A DNA stretch of 63,670 nucleotides, the filler included, from Nemertoderma westbladi (Eukaryota; Animalia; Xenacoelomorpha): NCBI GenBank assembly GCA_032718475.1. It is 3 parts of 3 records of this genome, joined end to end, with 100 filler letters (N's around TTAATTAATTAA, not from the genome) between each part and the next. Parts side by side here need not be neighbours in the genome. Positions count along the whole stretch, not along the records: positions 1 to 27,011 come from JAUCBJ010001965.1; 2 more parts are not named here. One strand, 5' to 3'. Positions 13,213 to 24,959 of the stretch are shown piece after piece. Below the pieces are notes generated by a model. It was not told the origin of the DNA, ran no database searches, and was given only the letters and a program-made list of their open reading frames with translations. A program made the translations under genes and the position numbers. Every line of letters starts with the position of its first letter. Position 1 is the stretch's first letter.

Positions 13213-15215
13213 AGGATTGATTGATGCGCTTGTTGGCGCCATCATCCGGACCAGCCGGCATTTAATTAGACTTCACTTCAGTAAAAACCAAAAATTACAG
13301 TACAGTTACACATCAAAATTGCACTAATAGCACATCATACACGTTATTAATAATGCATAACAAAACAGCATAATAAAATCATGGATCGTGATAAAAGTAT
13401 AGTACAGTATTGTTATAGGATAACATTAGACACATACCAACATTATTAACAATCATCATTAAATATATCAGTACAAACAGAAATCAATCGATATTTGTTG
13501 CAATGAGACATTAAAGCTTCCACCTAAAATTGAAAGTAGTTGTGGACCAGGCTTACTTTGTTAGCGAAGGTTAAACCATTTGTAGCATAACAGGCTCTCA
13601 GAAAGTTGTAGCTACCAAAGTCTGTGGTAGTTGCTGCACCTTCATCCATCCGTGATCTCAGTTCCTCATTGGAGTAGGTATAGTTTAGCATATTAAACAT
13701 GGATGGAAGGCCTGATGTCTGTCTAGCAATCTCGTATGTGTGACTCAGCCCCATCTTCACGTTATTTGACGCAAGTGAATTCGTCATCAACAAGTACCGC
13801 AGATTCTGCTGGAGTGACTCCTTTGGACATCGAGATATCCGTCTAATCAATCCAATTGAGCGTTCTGACACAAGATTACTAAGTGAAGATGCTCCATACA
13901 GCAAGCATAGAGCTGAGTTTGACACACGATTATTACAGTACATGAGACCACGCATGATTTTACGAAACTGTCCATTCAGCGATTCCACTTCAGTACCTGA
14001 AAGCATTCCAAAATTAAATTCTAGGCCATAAAGGATACCAGGCACAGCGACAGCATTCCATAGCCTGGCAATGCATTCCGCAGGAAATTGCCGTACTGTC
14101 CAACCCCTGGTGTGGAAGATCGCCCCCATTGACGATATCCTGCGTCGACATTCATTTAGAAGCTGATATGGAGATTGGTAGAAAGTAAATCCAAGGAAAG
14201 ATATTGACTTAGTGAACAGTACATTTGTACCAAGGATTGATAGCGTTCTGTCAGAGAGACTCTGCACTTTAGATGACCCATTTACCATCGTCCAGTGAGT
14301 TTTACTTATGGAGATAGAAAGTCCAATTTTCTTTAGCTCGGTATCCAGAAGTACCATCATATTATCGATGTCCCCACCGCATTCAGCAAATAAAATGATA
14401 TCGTCGGCATAGTTGAGGATGGAGACACTGCGATTCATAATAATTCTACACCCCAGTCCAGAATTCTTAACAGCCTCAATTGCATCAGAAATATAAAAAT
14501 TAAACAGGATCGGTGAAAGGATAGATCCTTGCTTAACTCCATTTCTTGGAGTGAAGCTATTGATGTCAACCTCCTCACCAAATTTGAAAAAGAAACGGCC
14601 ACTAAGGTAATACTGCAGAAGGAGTCTACACACTGATGGATTTATAACACTGGATAACTTCTCAAACAGAACTCTGAAGTCAACTGTGTCGAATGCTGAG
14701 TCAATATCTGTCTGGCACAAGTACACTGGAGCTCGGCTACTGTTAAAGTGGTTTATAATCTCATATGCTAGACTGATAGAAGTGTCACACCCAATGCCTT
14801 TCTGGTACGCCATCGACAGCTCATGCGGTTTTATGACACTCCGAAGAAATTCTGAGAGGCAAATCGCTTCCAAGATCTTTGCAATAATATTGACCGTAGA
14901 CACCGGACGATATGAGGATGGATGAAATCTATCTTTCCTGTGACCCTTATAGATACATGTAATTATGTCTCCCCAAGAAGTTGGGGACAATGACCTAGGC
15001 GCAACGATGTTCTAAAGATATTGTGGAGAACCCCTACAACAAGAGTTGGATTAAGAGCTAGTAGGTGCTCCACTACTAGTGATGCAGAGTCTGGCGACTT
15101 ATTTTTGTTCAACGAGAGAATCGCAGTCCTTATGGTTTCTGATGAAATTTCGGGTACAGTTGAGTTGTTACAGATGAGATCAAGCAATTCCTGCAAAACC
15201 TAAAACTCTCGGACA
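13213..15215 (-). mobile_element. 5'-truncated non-LTR retrotransposon (RT and C-terminus; RTEX/Proto2-like, clade uncertain)
   Basis: ORFs 14963..15196 and 13524..14990 (frameshifted) carry KSPD, SYRPVS, DIDSAFDTV, GVKQGSILSPILFNFY and YADD; short ATCA-type tail near 13213-13226. Confidence 0.9.
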
Positions 15216-15579
15216 GCATAATTAAATTTTAGTAATTTAATCGCTGTGACACCGAGAGGGCACAGAGAAACACCAGAAGATGCCTTAATATCACTAACTA
15301 TAGGCCTGTCTACTAGACACTATTAACCACACACTATAAAGGTAAACAAAATCCTTATCGCATTTCCAGCTGCAGTTAGTGACAGTTCGCGGCAAACTAC
15401 AGAGAGTTTCCAGATTACTAAGCGTTTCAAAAGTATTCAATTGTATCCTTTGGCGAAAAAATTTTGGTTGTTGCCAATTCAATTATGTTCAATTATGTTC
15501 AATTGTCCCGTTCAACAACATTACATTACACTGGTACACATTTGATAAAATGTGTTCACAATTGTACAAATCTGCGTTT

Positions 15580-17325
15580 TCTGGTGGCCTGTACTGTATA
15601 ATGTCAAGAATTCGTGGTAGTACCAAGTCTATGATTTCAAATGATGAAGCTGTTGAATTTTATAAGTGTGGTCTTATAAAAGATCTTCATCATTTAGAAT
15701 TTATTACTTCATGCTTTAATAGGCAATTTCATGATTGTAATAAGCCGGGATCCCGCTGCCAAAAAGTTAAAAAGGGCACTGATCAAACTTTTTGCCGTTT
15801 CCATGACTATGAAACAGCAAATTATTGGGATTATAAACCAATTCCATTAAAGCATAGTGCTGATGCTGTCAAAGTAAATCTTGCTATAGGTCTTGCAATG
15901 GAACACCCATATGATCCCTATGGTGAAGAGCCTATTATGTTAGATCCCTTAAGAGCAGGTACACCTACCTATACATATGATAGCCTTCCAAATCAGAAAT
16001 TTTCCCCCTGCAACCCCCGGCTGTTTGCTGCTACTTGTTCTAATGATAATTTATTAAGACTTGATAGTCGTGGCTGTGTTGATTATTGTAAAAAATATAG
16101 TGCTGGTCAGGATGAAAAGGCAGAGATTATTATTAAAACTGGTCAAGAAAAAGAGAGTTGCACAAACTGGGCGGCTGATTGGCCTACCAGAAATGATTTG
16201 GCATTCTTTAAAATTCCCAATTACTGTGGCAGGAGTAGAATCTATTTCTATCCCTACAGTTCCACTAGAAAATCGTGGAGGGTTTTTAAGAAAATTAGAT
16301 AAGGGTGCGGTGCTCAAGGTGGACCACATTAGGGTGTTGGGGGGGATCATGAAGAAAATACTGCAGGAGAAACTGGTCAGGCACCTAGCAATGTTGCAGT
16401 TTTTCCTGAAGATGGTGCTCATGGTGAATTTAATGAAGCTGTAAGGGTACGTCGGAATCTTCATCTTCCAAATGAACGTCAGTTCACCCAGATGCAAGAA
16501 ATGCTAATGTTGGATAGATGCCACAGTACAGTTACCATCGATCCCATATCATCCTTTGGTCTGCGGCCACCAGAGCTTTTATTTATAAATGCTCTAGATC
16601 AATATCTTGTATGGTTTGTGGGGATTATTGCTCCAAAATATCCCGATGAATCTGTTCATGAACATCACCTGGATGCTGACTTTTATAAATCTGACTGGGT
16701 TAATGGAGAAGGTCGTATTATAAAAATCAGACCTTCAGCTTTAGAACCAGCTAGAAAATTTGCAGTTGAGTTTCAGTCACAAAATTTAAATTATATACAA
16801 AACTGTATTACTTTTATTAAAGTGCTTGACAAAATTGAAAAGGATCCTGAATTTTATGACAGATTTGTTTATAAAAATTGCAAGAAACCAAAGAAACTTC
16901 CTGTTGCACTTGATTCAAATATATCTCCCTTGAACCCAATCAAATTTATTATTCATTACATTTTAAGTTTGGGACGTTTTGAGACAGAGTATGACATTTT
17001 TATTGTTCCAAATATACGTGAATGTATAAATACTGGTCAAATGTGGCCTTCTCCGGGAACTAGGGATTGATGATAACTATAGTGTGGCTGATGTAAACAA
17101 TTCCAATTTTAGATAATTTCAAATCAATAGATGTAAATAAAGCTACTGAAGACTGTGTATCAAGTTTGTCTTGTAAACCTGGAAAATTAGCATTTTTACA
17201 ATCTTTGCAAGTTATGTTTATTGAAGAAATTAGAATGGTTAATGGGGAAATTTTTACAATAATAGTCTATGTACTCCGACAAGATAGAAAAAGTTCAGTC
17301 CCACTTGGTGGGGCTAACCTGCTCC
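15580..17325 (+). mobile_element. Decayed Helitron-like Rep/PIF1 helicase region, copy 1
   Basis: HDCNKPGSRCQK..CRF, FSPCNPRLFAATCSNDNL and DYCKKY resemble the Helitron Rep HxxC..CRF, YNP..N and YxxKY motifs. 17140-17320 translates to LQVMFIEEIRMV..VLRQ..VPLGG (PIF1 motifs II-III). Confidence 0.7.
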
Positions 17326-17506
17326 TTTAATATTGCTAAGAATACTGCCAGGCTAAAAATACTCGTGGGCTAAGAATACCCGCGGGCTAAGAATACATTT
17401 AAAACATTTCTCCTATGTACTCTTTTGTAAATTAACATCTGGGGATGGGCCTGATAAAATTAAACAACTTACCAACCTAGCTGGCCAGTCAAAATTAAAG
17501 TGCAAT

Positions 17507-17887
17507 GTGCACCCAGCCAATTATTTAGTAAAGTTACCGTTAATCAACAACCACCCATGTAGTATTGAAGGGTGTACTAAAACTGCTCGGTACAAGTGTC
17601 CACATGGAATCCAACTGTTTGACTGCCCCATTTCGCTTTGCTACACCCACGCTAAACCGCTCATTCTGCTCCCACATGAGACCCTGGTTAACTCGCCAAG
17701 TCTGCAGCAAATAAACCGTGTTCCACAACGAGCCGACCAACTTCCAGAGGAGATTAGGGACAGCGAGGAGGAGGTGTTAGGGAGATTCAACGACCAACCA
17801 GACCAAGATGTTCTCCATTACATCGAGAGCTACTTAACTTGGGGGGGGGGGGGGGGGGGTATAAATACCCTGTGGTTAAAATATTAG
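17507..17887 (+). pseudogene. Cys/His zinc-finger-like ORF fragment, likely TE-derived
   Basis: CSIEGC..YKC..C..SLCYTH cluster in an intronless ORF that ends in a G-run. Confidence 0.35.
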
Positions 17888-18547
17888 TTTGTTTTTCTTA
17901 TCTTTTCTGGTGTATAATTTGATTAGTATTTACGGTTTTCACTTTCTGGCTTGTCTTCCCTTAGCGGCAGGCTGGTGAACTCCCGAATAATATACGTCCT
18001 CCTAAACACGCAACCGCCTGTGGTGTAATCTATATATGCCATGCATCAGCTCGAAATGATTAAAAACTTTTTCACCTTCAGACAATCCACCTCCTACTGG
18101 TAGACTGGAGAACTTCAACGTCCTCCCAAACAGGAATCCAATCTTGTAGTAGATCTTTCCCCAGTATCAGCTCGAAAACAATAAAATTGGTGATGGGAAG
18201 GGTTTCACTCTCAGAGATTACACACCCAAGCAGCAGATTTAAGAACTGTAGGCTGGTCGGCGTCCTCTCACTCAAACAGGCAGCGAAAGATCTCTGTTGT
18301 ACATACATACATACATAAATATAAAGTTATATGAAGTTATAAAGTCGCCTGAGTCCTGATTGCTGAGCAGTAATATATTTTGGCCTAAAACGTCCCGAAA
18401 TAATCCACTTTGACCACATTCGATTCACGCAAACAAATACTTAAAATATGACGAGATAGTGACGTTGCTCAAGTTATGTAGCTTTCTATTATTGTATCGC
18501 GAGACAGACAGACTGAGATTTATGAGACTTAAAGTCAGAGATTTATA

Positions 18548-18934
18548 TTGGACGGATCCATCATGGATGTTGGACGGATCCATCATGGATGTTGGACGGA
18601 TCCGTCATGGATGTTTAATGGATCCGTCATGGATGTTGGACGGATCCATCCATTGTGGATGTTGGATGGATCCATCATGGATGTTGGATGGATTCATTAT
18701 GGATGTTGGACGGATCCGTCATGGATGTTGGACGGATCCATCATGGATGTTGGAGGGATCCGTCATGGATGTTGGACGGATCCATCATGGATGTTGGACG
18801 GATCCGTCATGGATGTTGGACGGATCCATCATGGATGTTTGACGGATCCGTCATGGATGTTGGACGGATCCATCATGGATGTTGGACGGATCCGTCATGG
18901 ATGTTGGACGGATCCATCATGGATGTTGGATGGA
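18548..18934. repeat. Minisatellite, 22-bp unit, about 17 copies
   Basis: TTGGACGGATCC(A/G)TCATGGATG repeated; all three + frames look open only because of the repeat. Confidence 0.95.
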
Positions 18935-19546
18935 TATATTCCGAAGGAAATTTGCGTCATTATCAATGCATACTACACATAAGTTCTATCGAAATACGAA
19001 AATAAGTGGCCTAATTTTGTAATGATTGGAAATTGCAGAATAAAAATAGCACAAAATCGCACAGACTAAATACTGAAATAGCACGGCGGTACTCTACTAC
19101 TATAATAACAGCTGTCTAACCTTTCAGGCGATGGGCGAATAACTAAGAATGGGTATTGCGGGTTGTCTCCTTCTACATTCCTCCGATGTTCCCGTCTATT
19201 GCCGCGGTCCGCTGTCTAGCCTGCCATCTGTCCCTCAGTTGGGTTCACCGTGGTGAAGCATAGTAAAAACAGATGTGACAAATACTTTTAACTTTATTAC
19301 AAAATTAAACGATAACTATTATACAATAAGGTTTGTAATGAAGGTGAATAATAAGTGCTGAAGTAATGAACAAACCGCACCTTTTATAGCAAATTTGTGC
19401 TGCAATCAATCGAGATAAATCTAGATTGTTCTATGAGTTCCATTAGGTTTTTAAAGATAATCATTGGTCCAGCAAACACGTATCTTGCACGACATTGAAA
19501 TTGATCGTTGTCGATCGACGTTGAAATTTGGCACAAAAAAATAATT

Positions 19547-19621
19547 CACACTTGCTAGGATTTGAACTCAATACCTACTGAACGATTTTCCAACGCATAA
19601 CCGACTGAGCTACTGAACCAC
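19547..19621 (-). mobile_element. tRNA-derived SINE head or tRNA pseudogene
   Basis: Minus strand GTGGTTCAGTAGCTCAGTCGGTTATGCG...GAGTTCAAATCC has A and B boxes at tRNA spacing, but the cloverleaf stems are degenerate. Confidence 0.6.
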
Positions 19622-19780
19622 TTAAACAATGTTATACAAATAGCTATAGTAAATGCAAATGAGGACTTAATGTAATCTTTATAACAAGTTAATTCCAACA
19701 AATAAAAATTTTGAAAATCCACGGCTTTTATGAGGATATAATTCTATACTGGGACCAGCGCTACTGTCAACCGTAAGTTA

Positions 19781-19900
19781 TGTGGGGCGAGCCACGAAGT
19801 AAGGTGAGCCTTAGCTTATGGGTCCCATTAATGAACCTGTCGTTCTGTCGCTCTTTTTTCTGTAGTGTCCATTTTTGAACATTAATAACTCTATTATTTT
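19781..19900 (+). mobile_element. HINE-like 5' end
   Basis: TGTGGGGCGAGCCACGAAGT..GAGCCTTAGC is nearly identical to the start of the element at 48240. Confidence 0.55.
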
Positions 19901-19969
19901 TCAACTGTCCGATTTTGTTCGTCAGTTTTTGGAGTATGTTCGGCTGTATTCAGTCGTGTTGCTCATCAA

Positions 19970-21077
19970 CCCTCTCAGTCCCGGCATATTTTCCTACCCC
20001 ATTAGTCCCGGGGGGGGGGGGGGGTTCATATGAACACCCCCCCCCCCCCCTCCAAATTCATAAAGCAGTATGAAATTTACATAAAATACATCAGACCCGA
20101 CGTTTTCTCATATGCTGAGAATAATGGTGCAAATAATTATTTCACTGGACCATCTGTGGGTTAGAAAGGTATATAACAGGGTTTTCGCATATGCTGAGTT
20201 CATTGGTGACAATCCTAAACTCGTTGCATTGAGTCTAGCACCTGATTTTTGGGTGCGGTGCGGCACGAAAATTACAAGTAGCAGATGCTGGATGCAAAAA
20301 AGAACAATTTCACACATCCGAGTAAGTCCAAAACATAATTCATTGTAATCAGCACCCAAAAATACCCCATATTACATAAAGTTTATGTTGATTTGATGTT
20401 GTTAAAAAATAAAATTTTTTCATTACTGCAGCACTTTTCGTGCAACATGCAGGGTGCAAAAAAGTACAATTTCACACATCCGAGTAAGTCCAAAACATGT
20501 TTCATTGTAATCAGCACCCAAAAATACCCCTTCTTACATAAAATTTATGTCGATTTGATGTTGTTACAAAAGGAAATTTTTTCACTACCAGCACTTTTTG
20601 TGCAAAAAATAACAATTTCACACATCCGAGTAAGTCCAAAACATAATTCATTGTAATCAGCACCCCAAAAACCCTTATTAGGCAGTCAATAGTTATAGAA
20701 AAAAATTTTTGATTTTTTTTCAGACACTATGAAAAAGGGGGGCACCCACCGAAAAGTAGCAATCCATTGAAAATAAAAATAGTGCCAAAAGGTGCGCCGA
20801 TAAAAGTTAGGAAAAGTCAAGAAATTTGCGTATCTCATTTTTAAAAATTTTTGATTTTTTTTCAGACACTATGAAAAAGGGGGGCACCCACCGAAAAGTA
20901 GCAATCCATTGAAATTAAAAATAGTGCCAAAAGGTGCGCCGATAAAAGTTAGGAAAAGTCAAGAAATTTGCGTATCTCATTTTTAGTGCTTCTATGTTTG
21001 TAATCGATTTTTGATAGGGGGGGGGGGGGGGGGGGGGTTATATGAACCCCCCCCCCCCCCCCCCGGGACTGAAACGG
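19970..21077. mobile_element. Non-autonomous piggyBac-type MITE with internal tandem duplications
   Basis: TCAA|CCCTCTCAGTCCCGG ... CCGGGACTGAAACGG|TTAA; G/C-run subterminal hairpins at both ends; internal repeats at 20290-20670 and 20700-20985. Confidence 0.65.
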
Positions 21078-21391
21078 TTAAGTACCTTCCGTTTTTTAAT
21101 TAGTTTAATCGATTTGCTTTAAAAAATATGCATGCTGGCTATAGCTTGGCTGGCAACCTATCTCAACTCAAACCTGTATTCCGAATCCCATAAATCAACC
21201 TACTAATATATCATATATTTTTCTTTTTCATAATTGCACCAATACTGTTATAAAACAAAATGAGAACATCATTGGTATGGCTGACTGCGTCAATAATCTT
21301 TAGGGAATCCTTTTGATAATACTCCTTGTTCGTATTAGAAAAGAATAATGTTTCAACTATGTGTCGAATAAATTACTGATTTACGTATTAA

Positions 21392-24300
21392 CCCTCTATA
21401 GCCCGAATTATGATGCCATGTCCCAAAATTTTTTTTTTCATAACTTTCACATTAAAATGAACCTAATGAGATCATTTTCATCAAAAAATTTCAAAATATT
21501 TAATTTATGAAGATTTTCGAATCACGTGACCTGGAGGTCACGGTGGGCCATTAAGAAATGAAATTTAGGAGTTTGAAAAAAATTTTGTGAAAAAGTTGGA
21601 AACATATTACGCGACAACTTTTTTCATTTTGTGTTCATGTGTAAAATATGCAGAAATGTACAAACTGTATTATTCTGCTCCGCACTCTACATTATATACA
21701 AAATTATAGATTTTCAACTAAAATTGTATCCCTGTACTGTATGTAATATCGAAAACCAAACATCAATTCAACATCAATGCGATAGCAATTACCAAAATTG
21801 ATAGATACCCAATTTGTTATCAATCACAATGGAAGCATTTGAAACAGTTACGGTCCGGTCCAAGACACAAATATACCTTTCCTCCAGACACCGCACTACA
21901 CTTCTCACACATAATCTTAGGAACCCCAACACAGTCTGGATTCTTGCACCGTCCCCTTTTCTCAGCGAACACAGGCCAGTGGCCAACCTGATCTTGTCGA
22001 ACTGCCATGGAAGGCAACAGACCAACGGTTATTGATCGCGCTTTCTTCTGAAGAATACCGTTTTCAATTTCTAGACTTGGTCGCCCTCGTCGCTTGTTGC
22101 AGACAGACTTTCCACGTGCACACAGGGTCTCGGCCAATGTCGTCTTGAATAGAAGGAGTGGAATTGGTTTTTGTGCTGGATTACAGCTACGCAAGTCACG
22201 TCGGTACAAGAGCCAAGCAATGACACAGACAAAATCGAGGAAATGGAAGACCAATCGAAGGTACCATTTCCTAGACCGTATTCGTATCCTATACAAACTC
22301 AACAAAGAATCCAGTGTATCAACCCCACCCATGAAGCTATTGTACGTGCCAACAATACGTGGGCGATCTACTTCAATGAATGATTTAGTTAGTTTAGACC
22401 ACCGTTTTACAAGAGACGTCGGATTTGCGGAAGAGAATGTCGATAAGAGAGTAACACAACGGTTATCAAACCACTTTACAACGCGCAAGTCAACTCCGTT
22501 TACAGTAAATCTCAGTTCCTCATGGTATCCACGACCTTTCTTCTTCATTGCGCTATCCGTGGGCAGAGGGCAGTCACCTAATCTGTTCTCGTTGACTGTC
22601 CCAAGACAATATATTCCTTCATTGGCCAGTGTCACCTGGAGAATAACACTAGTAAACCAGTTGTCAAAAAAGAGTTTGTATGACATGTGTCTAGGTATGC
22701 CAACAGCTAGTTGAATTACTATATTACTACTTGCCCCAATGTCAGGCCGTCCAGCAATCGGTTCGATCTTTCCCGTGTAAATATCGAAATCGTAAGCCAT
22801 AGCATGGCTATCACAAAGAACAAACAGCTTATAGCCCCACTTCTTTGGTTTCTTGGGCATATATTGCTTTATTCCGCTTTTATTTTTCCCCTTGAATGGC
22901 ACCATCTGTTCATCCACACAAAGCTCTTCATCCTTTGGAATGTCTCTTAGACTGGTCTGGAGAGCAGTAACCAGTGGTCGGATTTTGAAAATTTTATCGT
23001 GCCCAGGAGACCCCTTAGCGATTTGCTTACTATTGTCATTCAAGTGTAGATCTCTTTTTATACTCTCCCAGCGATTGCGCGTCATTGTGTTGACAACTTT
23101 ATCAACTCTTGTACCGGCCTGCCAATATGATCTGCATCTAGGAAGACCGTACACAGACATATAGTAGCAAATTCCTATGAACTGTTCAATTTCGTTTCGT
23201 GTTATATTTATTTGTTTATCAAGGCGTTTTTCTGCAGAGTACAAATTAGTCTGGAAAACTATTTCCTTCAACACATCATCTTTGAGAAGCTTCTTGAAAT
23301 ATCCGATTGGTTCTAGAACATCATCTACATCAGGTAAACTACCCAGCCATTTCGGCTCTGCAGAAATCGTCTTTGTCCTATAATACTTCCGGTTGACTAC
23401 ATTCTTCTTAGATTTCTTGTTTGTCTTTGGTTCGACCTGCACATCGCCACCACTACTCTGTTCGTCCTCTGTATGATGTACTGTCTCCCCTGGCGCATCT
23501 ACCTCTATCTGATTTGGCTGTATGTTCTCATCATCGGTATTGATCGTTGGATCTGCTAGTACATCCTCTATTTCCTCGAACTCTATAATGACGTCATCAT
23601 CGCGTTCGTCTGATTCGTCAGAGTCATCACCTTCATCACTCCAGTTTGTATCACCATATGCATCATCCTCGCTGCCAGAATCACTCATCAGTTGATCGTC
23701 GCTATCATCTGACGGTATGGCCACCTCAACATGAGAGTTTTTATAACGTGTTCCATAAAATTTTCCAGTATCCATATCATCAAATACGTTTCTACAGTGT
23801 AACTTACGCACAGCTGTACAGAGAATACGAACATTTCTATCTATTTATTGAATATTCCGACTATTTATTAATATCTATTTATAATAATATATTTAGTAGT
23901 TTAGTCAGCAAACTTATTCTTTACCTAGGTGTACAAAACAACGTGGAATCATAAGAGACTATTGTATATCAATTTATTGACCAGTTCACATTTAGCGCAA
24001 AAAGTGATGTCAGAGTGGCCCACCGTTACCCTAAAGTAACGACTGATATTTTGGCTGTGAATTCTTCATAGTACTATACCTTGCATCAATTTTGGTATAA
24101 TTAAGTAAAATAATGATGAATCTTCACCAAAATAATTTTTCTGAATCAAATAATTGCACTCGATTTGCTTTTTTGGATTGCACAATCAGCACTTGAACAC
24201 TACTTGGAATAACTCTGACCACGAGACACAAATGATTTAATATTCAGTTTGAGATTGCCTCTGACCCAAGATGACGCTGATTGGGTAACTTGGATAACAA

Positions 24301-24403
24301 ATGAACCCATCCAACCAATCAAGAAACCACACAATGCTGAAACGCGGCTGTAGTAGTGAAGAATAGAAGTTGTTACCTGTAGGTCTCAGTGGGACATACA
24401 GGG
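21392..24403 (-). mobile_element. Full-length piggyBac DNA transposon
   Basis: TTAA on both sides (21388-21391, 24404-24407); TIRs CCCTCTATAGCCC / CCCTGTATGTCCC (10/13); subterminal inverted motifs at 21525-21550 and 24016-24041; encloses the transposase ORF. Confidence 0.92.
21820..23952 (-). CDS. piggyBac transposase (PGBD2/3-like); main exon 23813-21820, probable short 5' exon 23952-23925
   Basis: Uninterrupted ORF with acidic N-terminus, DDD triad motifs (VDEQM, FDNWF, GGVDTLD) and a C-terminal Cys-rich domain. A GT..AG intron at 23924-23814 joins an ATG in frame; an alternative start MDTGKFYG is at 23775. Confidence 0.9.
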
Positions 24404-24959
24404 TTAATTAAATGACATTTACAGTACTTAGTGGCCATCGAGAACCAGTACGGCTTGGCTAAGGGGGCTGTCGTTTCCCGTCGCAAATCCTGACACAAGC
24501 AGCAGACTTTCCGATGTCCTTTTCAGGCTCGTAATAACTGCTGTTGGCCAGGGACCGCTAAGGGCAGTCCTTGTCCTTTTTAGACCTAGCGAGTTACCAA
24601 ATCCACCTCTACAGGCAGCAGGAAGTTGGCTAGGCCTAATAGTAATCAGGTAAACCTGAATACTGCTTAACTTTGCCTCCCACCCCTGGCCCTTATAAAC
24701 ATGAAATGAGTCCCGTACCCTGTAAGTCGCCCCAATATTCGCCCATAAATCGCCCCCAGTTCATAGAGTGTGCCCAAAACCCATGGTACCGCACCCAGTA
24801 GTGATATCGGAATAATCATTTTAAATAAATCCAAAAAATATTCAACTCGCGTTATGAAAAGTTGAAATACCGCGAACAATTATTGCTACCGGCATTTAAA
24901 ATTCGTAAAGAGTAAATATTTATTATCTCAAACTCAATATTTATAATTAATTGTTTAGG

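Noticed and set aside
18459-19005. Three overlapping repetitive ORFs
   Set aside because: By-product of a 22-bp minisatellite with few stop codons.
19547-19621. Functional tRNA gene
   Set aside because: A and B boxes are present, but the acceptor and anticodon stems do not pair; treated as SINE-like.
22094-23383. Plus-strand ORFs within piggyBac
   Set aside because: Antisense shadows of the transposase with no recognisable motifs.
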